Shown here in pieces: positions 59,574 to 64,000 of a stretch of DNA of 64,000 bases. A program made the position numbers and the translations under genes. How positions within the stretch are numbered: position 1 is the first letter of the stretch; each line of letters opens with the position of its first letter. Below the pieces are notes generated by a model. It searched no databases and was not told the origin of the DNA. It was given only the letters and a program-made list of their open reading frames with translations. Source of the DNA: Selaginella moellendorffii (lineage: Eukaryota > Plantae > Lycopodiophyta); NCBI RefSeq assembly GCF_000143415.4, contig NW_003314416.1:129332-193331 (forward strand). The letters run 5' to 3'.

Positions 59574-62208
59574 TAGAAGCCGAATGGAGGCCGTGACAAT
59601 CGAGGCCGGACTCGCTGGCGAATGTGCACTGTGTGTGCAGCGGATCGTAGCAGCAAGGCTACTCTGCCACTTACAGTTGGAGAGTGGTGCTGAAATCTCC
59701 CGGGACGCCAAGTGGGCTGCGTGTGGGTGGCGGAGTGGGCGGCGGAGTTGGCGGCGAAGTTACAAACTGGGTGTGTCTTGAAGTGGACGCCGATGCACAC
59801 GAGCGCGATGCGAGCGCGAGTGTGATGCAAGCGCGAGTGGACGCCGATGCACACGAGAAACCTGTAGAGAAGTGAGCGTGATCGCGAGTGGGAGCGCGAT
59901 GCGAGTGGGAGCGCGAGTGTGCGAGCGCGAGTACAAAGCAAAATGCAAAACCTAACCTCACACGCGCGAAATGTCACAACGGTTGGTAATCCCGCCACGT
60001 CATCATTCCTCGGACTTGGGCGCCACCATTAATTTCTAGATTGCCGCGCGCATGCAAGCACGCAAAATCCAAAAGAAATCCGCAACGTCATCATTCCTCG
60101 GACTGCATGCACGCGAAATCCAAAAGAAAGATCATGATTGGGATATCATTTAATACCCTCGCTATATTTATACCATGCATGATTGGATATTCCAAAGCAT
60201 CTTGTATTTCCAAAAATGGCAGATGTTCAGCTAAATAAAGAAATTCTATCTGTTTCTATTTTTCTCTCAAATCAATATTATAGCGTGTGGGCTCATGCAA
60301 TTTTGAACCAAAGAAACCCAAAAAACGTTGGACCCAAAATATTTTGAAAAAACCCAAAAAACCCTAAACATTTTAAACCCAAAAATCTAGGCGTCCTGTG
60401 GCGTTATTCCTTGAATGGCGTGTGGGCGCATGCCATTTTCAGGGCCAAATGCTGAATGGAGAAAAATTCCCTTTCAGTGCAAATGCTGCAAGAGGCAGAT
60501 GCCGAGCACAAAGGACTGTAACTACCTCACATGACACAGATAAACTTTTCTTTATTTGGCAAAGATAAACTTTATAGCGTGTGGGCTCATGCAATTTTGA
60601 ACCCAAAAAATGCACCAAAAAATTCTCGGCGTCATCTGGCGTTATCTCTTGAATGGCGTGGGGCCGCATGCCATTTTCAGGGGCACATAGGAGTATATTC
60701 CTAGGATATTCTGACACGCGCGAGATTTTTTTGAGTTTTCTGGAGATCCAACCGTTAGATCGCAACTAGATTTTACAGAATGGTATACAATGTCTTTCTT
60801 GATGACCCTGCAAAGAAGCATCTCGATCGGACACCACATGAGACCACACGAGCCTTACAATGTTTCAGGGGCATTTGCCATAGATCCGACCGTTATTTTT
60901 CTCCAAGATTTTACAGTTTGGTGTGCATTGACCTTTCCATCGAAACTGCAAAGGGACATCACAATCAGATGCGGGATCACAAGAAACTAACTTCACTAAC
61001 TCTGGTTTCACCAAGATCTACGTAAGGAGTTATGAAATGAAAGGACCCTCTCTATTGAAATGTGTTTATGGTCCTAGGGGCATTGTGACATATCAAAGGA
61101 TTTTGCATCAAGTTCTGTATTTGCATGTTTATCAAGCTACTGAATTGCTAAACCCTAAACCCTAAACCCTAAACCCTAAACATGTGGCAAATGCTGCGTG
61201 AAGAAAGATGCCCTTTCTGGGCAAATGCTGTAAGAGGCAGATGCCGAGCAGATGTATCTCAGGCTAGCAAAGGGGACAAACGAAAGCTAGCTATAAACAT
61301 GACGGGATGCAAATAGATTACTAGGCTGGTCCTACGAAAATCAAAAACTATAATTGAAAACATTGAAAATGCAAAAAGAAAGGTTTATAATATTTTTGAA
61401 TTTTAAGCAACCAAAGGAATGTAAGTAGGGCATGTGTTTGTAAGTTTAAAAATGCCTCAACCACTTAAATTCCCAAGTAAATAAAGCTGTTTCTATTTTT
61501 GGTACAGGTAAACTTTATAGCGTGTGGGCTCATGCAATTTTGAACCCAGAAATGCACCAAAAAATGCTCGACTAGCATTATTCTTTGAATGGCGTGTGGC
61601 CTTATGTCGAGCATTATTCTTTGAATGGCGTGTGGCCTTATATTGCCATAAATGGACGTACACACACAGCATAATTATTCCTTTACACGTCGAATAATCT
61701 TGGCGCGGATCGCTGACATGGCATGGCAAAGTTCGAATCACTGACATGGCACAGCTGGATCGAGGCAAGGACATGATGTGACAAAGTTCAACCTCCGACA
61801 GCAAAGTCTAGAAGCTACTCAGTTTGAAATTTGTCAGAGGAATCATAAGATCTGGTTTGTTAGAGGATTTGATGTGACGTTCAAGCGTGTGTTATTTTTG
61901 AATTCTCGAACTCATTCCTAGGTCTATCATTTTTGTGTGCCGTGTTCTTGGTTCCGCTGAGCGCAGTGAGCGCTGCTTGTGTAAGCGGCGTTGTGGGCTG
62001 TGGTTTATGCGTCTACGAGCGGTTGCGGCATTGCGAGCGCCATTGCGAGCGGCAGTTTATGCGAGTGGCAGTTTGTGCGAGGGTGTCAATAGCATGTTTG
62101 AATAATGGCATGTGGCCTCATGCTATTGAGGTTGTTTGGTATGTTATGATTTAGGCCATTCTCCAATCATTTTTTGTATGGTTTTAACTTCTTTTCTGCA
62201 CTTTCAGA

Positions 62209-64000
62209 ATGGCCTTCAGGGTTGGGGAAAAGGTTTACATTTTGAATGGTGGGAAGAGAGTTGCAAAAGGGACCCTTTTGTCTATGGATGGGAACTTTGT
62301 TATACACTGTCAAAGGCTTGGGGAAGGCAATGTAGCTGTATCAGTAGAGACTATCTTCGATGGGAATGTGGTCGCTATTGAACGAAGTGAGATGGTCGTC
62401 GGGGTAAATGTTGTTGTTGCCTTGAAAAATCTTCAGAAGAAAGCAGATGTTGGGGACAGCGCAAGTGCGACGCATGTTCCCTCCGTGGATCTTAAGAACC
62501 GTGCTACATGGATTCAGGCAAAGGTGTTTCTAAACAACCCCGAGGGGGAGGTGGTAGCTGAGGGCTTAGCCACAGTTGTCGATCCAAGAGATGCGGTTGC
62601 TAATCAAGAATTGGGCTGGGATGATATTGGAGTTGCGATTTTAGAGGTTGTTGACACAGAAGAAAACAGTCTGACTATTGGAAGCATTGTGCGGTGGAAA
62701 TTGAGGCACTTAGTGTTTGAGAATGTGAAGGATTCACAATCAAACACCACTACAACTGATGACAGAACATCTCTTCATGGGAAAAGAAAGTACACCTTCC
62801 TAAAGCGCAGCCAAAGGGATCTGAGCAACGAACCGAAAAGGCAGAAAATGGCGATGGAGGTTCGAATGGTCTCAACAGTTGCTTGTTGCAAGAGGAGGTG
62901 CTGTCAACATGCTGATTGGGATGCTATTGAAGAGGAGAGAGCAAGATACAAGACATTGTCCTGGAAGGCAGCTCGCAATTTTGTGTATGAGGCATTACGG
63001 TCATCTGTTGATGCTTCAGAACATCAGGTGGGGGGCATGGTCTTCCAAAGGGGTTTGGTCTGCATGAAGGCATGGAGAATCATTTATGGAGTCCCTCGAA
63101 GCACATTCTACAGAATCAAAACTGAGTTCGAGGAACAAAGGGTTCAACAGGCAGTCCATGGGAACGACGGTACGCACAAAATCAGGGGTCATGTTGTATA
63201 TGGAGAGGCAATCTTCAAGAGGTTTGTCGAGACATGTAGCGAGCAGCAACCACATAAAACCCGCCTCTTGGAAGATGGAACACGAGACACCCAACGAGTT
63301 CTCCCTTCCATGTATACCAAGGGGGCCATATTGGAAGATGTGAATCGGGAACTCCAGAGTAATGGCTACAGGAAGCTAAGCCAATCTAGATTTAGTAGAT
63401 TGTGGAGCAACAGGTTCAGGGATGTGAGTATAGGAAAGTACTCCAGCTTTTCAAAGTGTGACGAGTGCACTGCTATCAAAATGGCTTTGTCGAAGAATTC
63501 TTGCAGCGCTCAAGAGCGAGAGACGTTGGTTAGAAGGCGGCTCGACCACAACATCGAGCAGAGAAGCTGCAGGACTGCATATTATCATAACAGGATTCTC
63601 TCCATGGAGAGACCTGACTCTTACCTCTGCATCATCCACGACAAAATGGACCAGAAAAAGACGTGCTTACCTCGACTCAATCCTGCCCCCAAGGCAATCT
63701 CTTCATCCATGCAGCTGCCTGTGTCTCTGTTTGGCATAATCGCTCATGGGCATGGTGCCCAGAACTATGGGAACTTCTTTGTACCTCTATGGGGTGGCGG
63801 GGGTGCAAACATGATGATTGCGTCCCTAGCAAAACACTTAAGGTCTCTGCAAAGTGCGCAGACTGAGCTGAACGGCCAACCCTTGCATAAGGCCCTTGTC
63901 GATCGAACCCCATACAGGGTTCAGCTGGAGGAGGAGCAAAGGCTTGCAATATCGCGTGGGGCCCCATGCCATCCCAGTGAATATGTTGGCCGTCAGATTG
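62209..64000 (+). CDS. Transposase, copy B (5' part, open as far as read; absent from the ORF track, consistent with no stop in the window)
   Basis: MAFRVGEKVYILNGGKRVAKGTLLSMDG...LGEGNVAVSV... It has 81 more N-terminal residues than A and an extra GAILEDV segment. Confidence 0.9.
   Translation, partial: MAFRVGEKVYILNGGKRVAKGTLLSMDGNFVIHCQRLGEGNVAVSVETIFDGNVVAIERSEMVVGVNVVVALKNLQKKADVGDSASATHVPSVDLKNRATWIQAKVFLNNPEGEVVAEGLATVVDPRDAVANQELGWDDIGVAILEVVDTEENSLTIGSIVRWKLRHLVFENVKDSQSNTTTTDDRTSLHGKRKYTFLKRSQRDLSNEPKRQKMAMEVRMVSTVACCKRRCCQHADWDAIEEERARYKTLSWKAARNFVYEALRSSVDASEHQVGGMVFQRGLVCMKAWRIIYGVPRSTFYRIKTEFEEQRVQQAVHGNDGTHKIRGHVVYGEAIFKRFVETCSEQQPHKTRLLEDGTRDTQRVLPSMYTKGAILEDVNRELQSNGYRKLSQSRFSRLWSNRFRDVSIGKYSSFSKCDECTAIKMALSKNSCSAQERETLVRRRLDHNIEQRSCRTAYYHNRILSMERPDSYLCIIHDKMDQKKTCLPRLNPAPKAISSSMQLPVSLFGIIAHGHGAQNYGNFFVPLWGGGGANMMIASLAKHLRSLQSAQTELNGQPLHKALVDRTPYRVQLEEEQRLAISRGAPCHPSEYVGRQI

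Larger units (their letters stand above)
53505..64000 (-). mobile_element. Sola1-like TIR transposon, copy B (inverted relative to A, runs off the window)
   Basis: TIR GCTCTATTTCGTTAAAGTGGGA at 53505-53526. Collinear reverse complement of A with scattered substitutions. Confidence 0.95.

Overview
Eukaryotic, plant-like DNA: TTTAGGG repeats, ~45-57-nt GT-AG introns, tRNA-primed Ty3/Gypsy elements and an ADP/ATP carrier fragment. The very short introns suggest a compact genome such as a lycophyte (Selaginella-like); this is an inference. Bases 1-5 kb hold a duplicated ADP/ATP-carrier pseudogene and an intact four-exon Crinkler/RHS-type P-loop NTPase plus REase-like gene with what look like two alternative first exons. 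The rest is a nest of mobile elements. The main feature is a ~14-kb TIR DNA transposon present as two inverted copies (A 20630-34784; B 53505 to beyond the window end) and an internal fragment (~5230-7180). It encodes a Sola1-like DDD transposase. Divergently it encodes a spliced cargo protein of ~1,640 aa: ParB/Srx-like domain, degenerate beta-class DNA-methyltransferase-like domain, acidic linker, then an FCP1/SCP-type HAD phosphatase. More than 20 copies of a 22-bp palindrome (ATGGCRTG-N6-CAYGCCAT) are scattered through it, including inside small introns and coding sequence. This suggests a self-targeting protein/site pair. Flank analysis suggests the 18.7 kb between A and B has been inverted. 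Also present: a non-autonomous LTR element with TSD, two Gypsy copies, a solo LTR, a chromovirus remnant whose integrase contains an in-frame-restoring GT-AG intron, and LINE remnants. All domain calls come from reading motifs by eye; no searches were run.
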